Below, one piece after another: positions 63,714 to 64,000 of a stretch of DNA of 64,000 nt. Source of the DNA: Phoronis australis (lineage: Eukaryota; Animalia; Phoronida); NCBI GenBank assembly GCA_002633005.1, contig NMRA01000052.1:1043235-1107234 (forward strand). The letters run 5' to 3'. The translations under genes were made by a program, and so were the position numbers. Positions within the stretch are counted from its first letter, which is position 1. Each line of letters opens with the position of its first letter. Below the pieces are notes generated by a model, which saw only the letters and a program-made list of their open reading frames with translations, had not been told where the DNA came from and made no database searches.

Positions 63714-64000
63714 CTACAAAAATCAACAGTAGCCATTACTAATTCGAATGCAAAATTCTCACCACAAAGCAATGTCAGAGCCGCCAGTTGATTCGCTCAC
63801 TTGGCCTTCACTCAGCCCAGTCAATTGGCCAAGACACCTGTGTGGTTTGAGAGTCAGACGTACTGTAGTCATTGGCAAAAATCAAGTGTTCTGGACAGTT
63901 GTCCATACTAACCCGGCATATATTAGGAGAGTGAATCTAGTGTAGACAAAGTAAAATGTACAAATACATACAATCACCTCATGTCAAAGAGTACAACATA

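Overview
AT-rich invertebrate (metazoan) genomic DNA with spliceosomal introns and two N-gaps. The left end holds the last three coding exons and 3' UTR of integrin-linked kinase (ILK, + strand). The right end holds the last three exons of a TtcA-like tRNA 2-thiolase-domain gene (- strand), so the two genes converge. Between them (~7.6-61.8 kb) is a dense mosaic of short, degraded, nested and segmentally duplicated fragments from many unrelated transposon groups: BEL/Pao, Gypsy, Copia, LINE, piggyBac, hAT, Mutator-like, EnSpm/CACTA, Harbinger/ISL2EU, pogo, Sola-like, Academ-like, and TE accessory genes. Every fragment whose coding strand I could recognise (about 25 independent pieces, including secondary insertions) reads on the + strand, i.e. 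antisense to transcription entering from the TtcA-like gene. This architecture resembles a flamenco-like unistrand piRNA cluster (transposon trap), which is the main candidate finding; piRNA production itself cannot be seen from sequence. Family calls come from remembered motifs, not database searches, and fragment boundaries are approximate unless a splice site, LTR edge or TSD is quoted.
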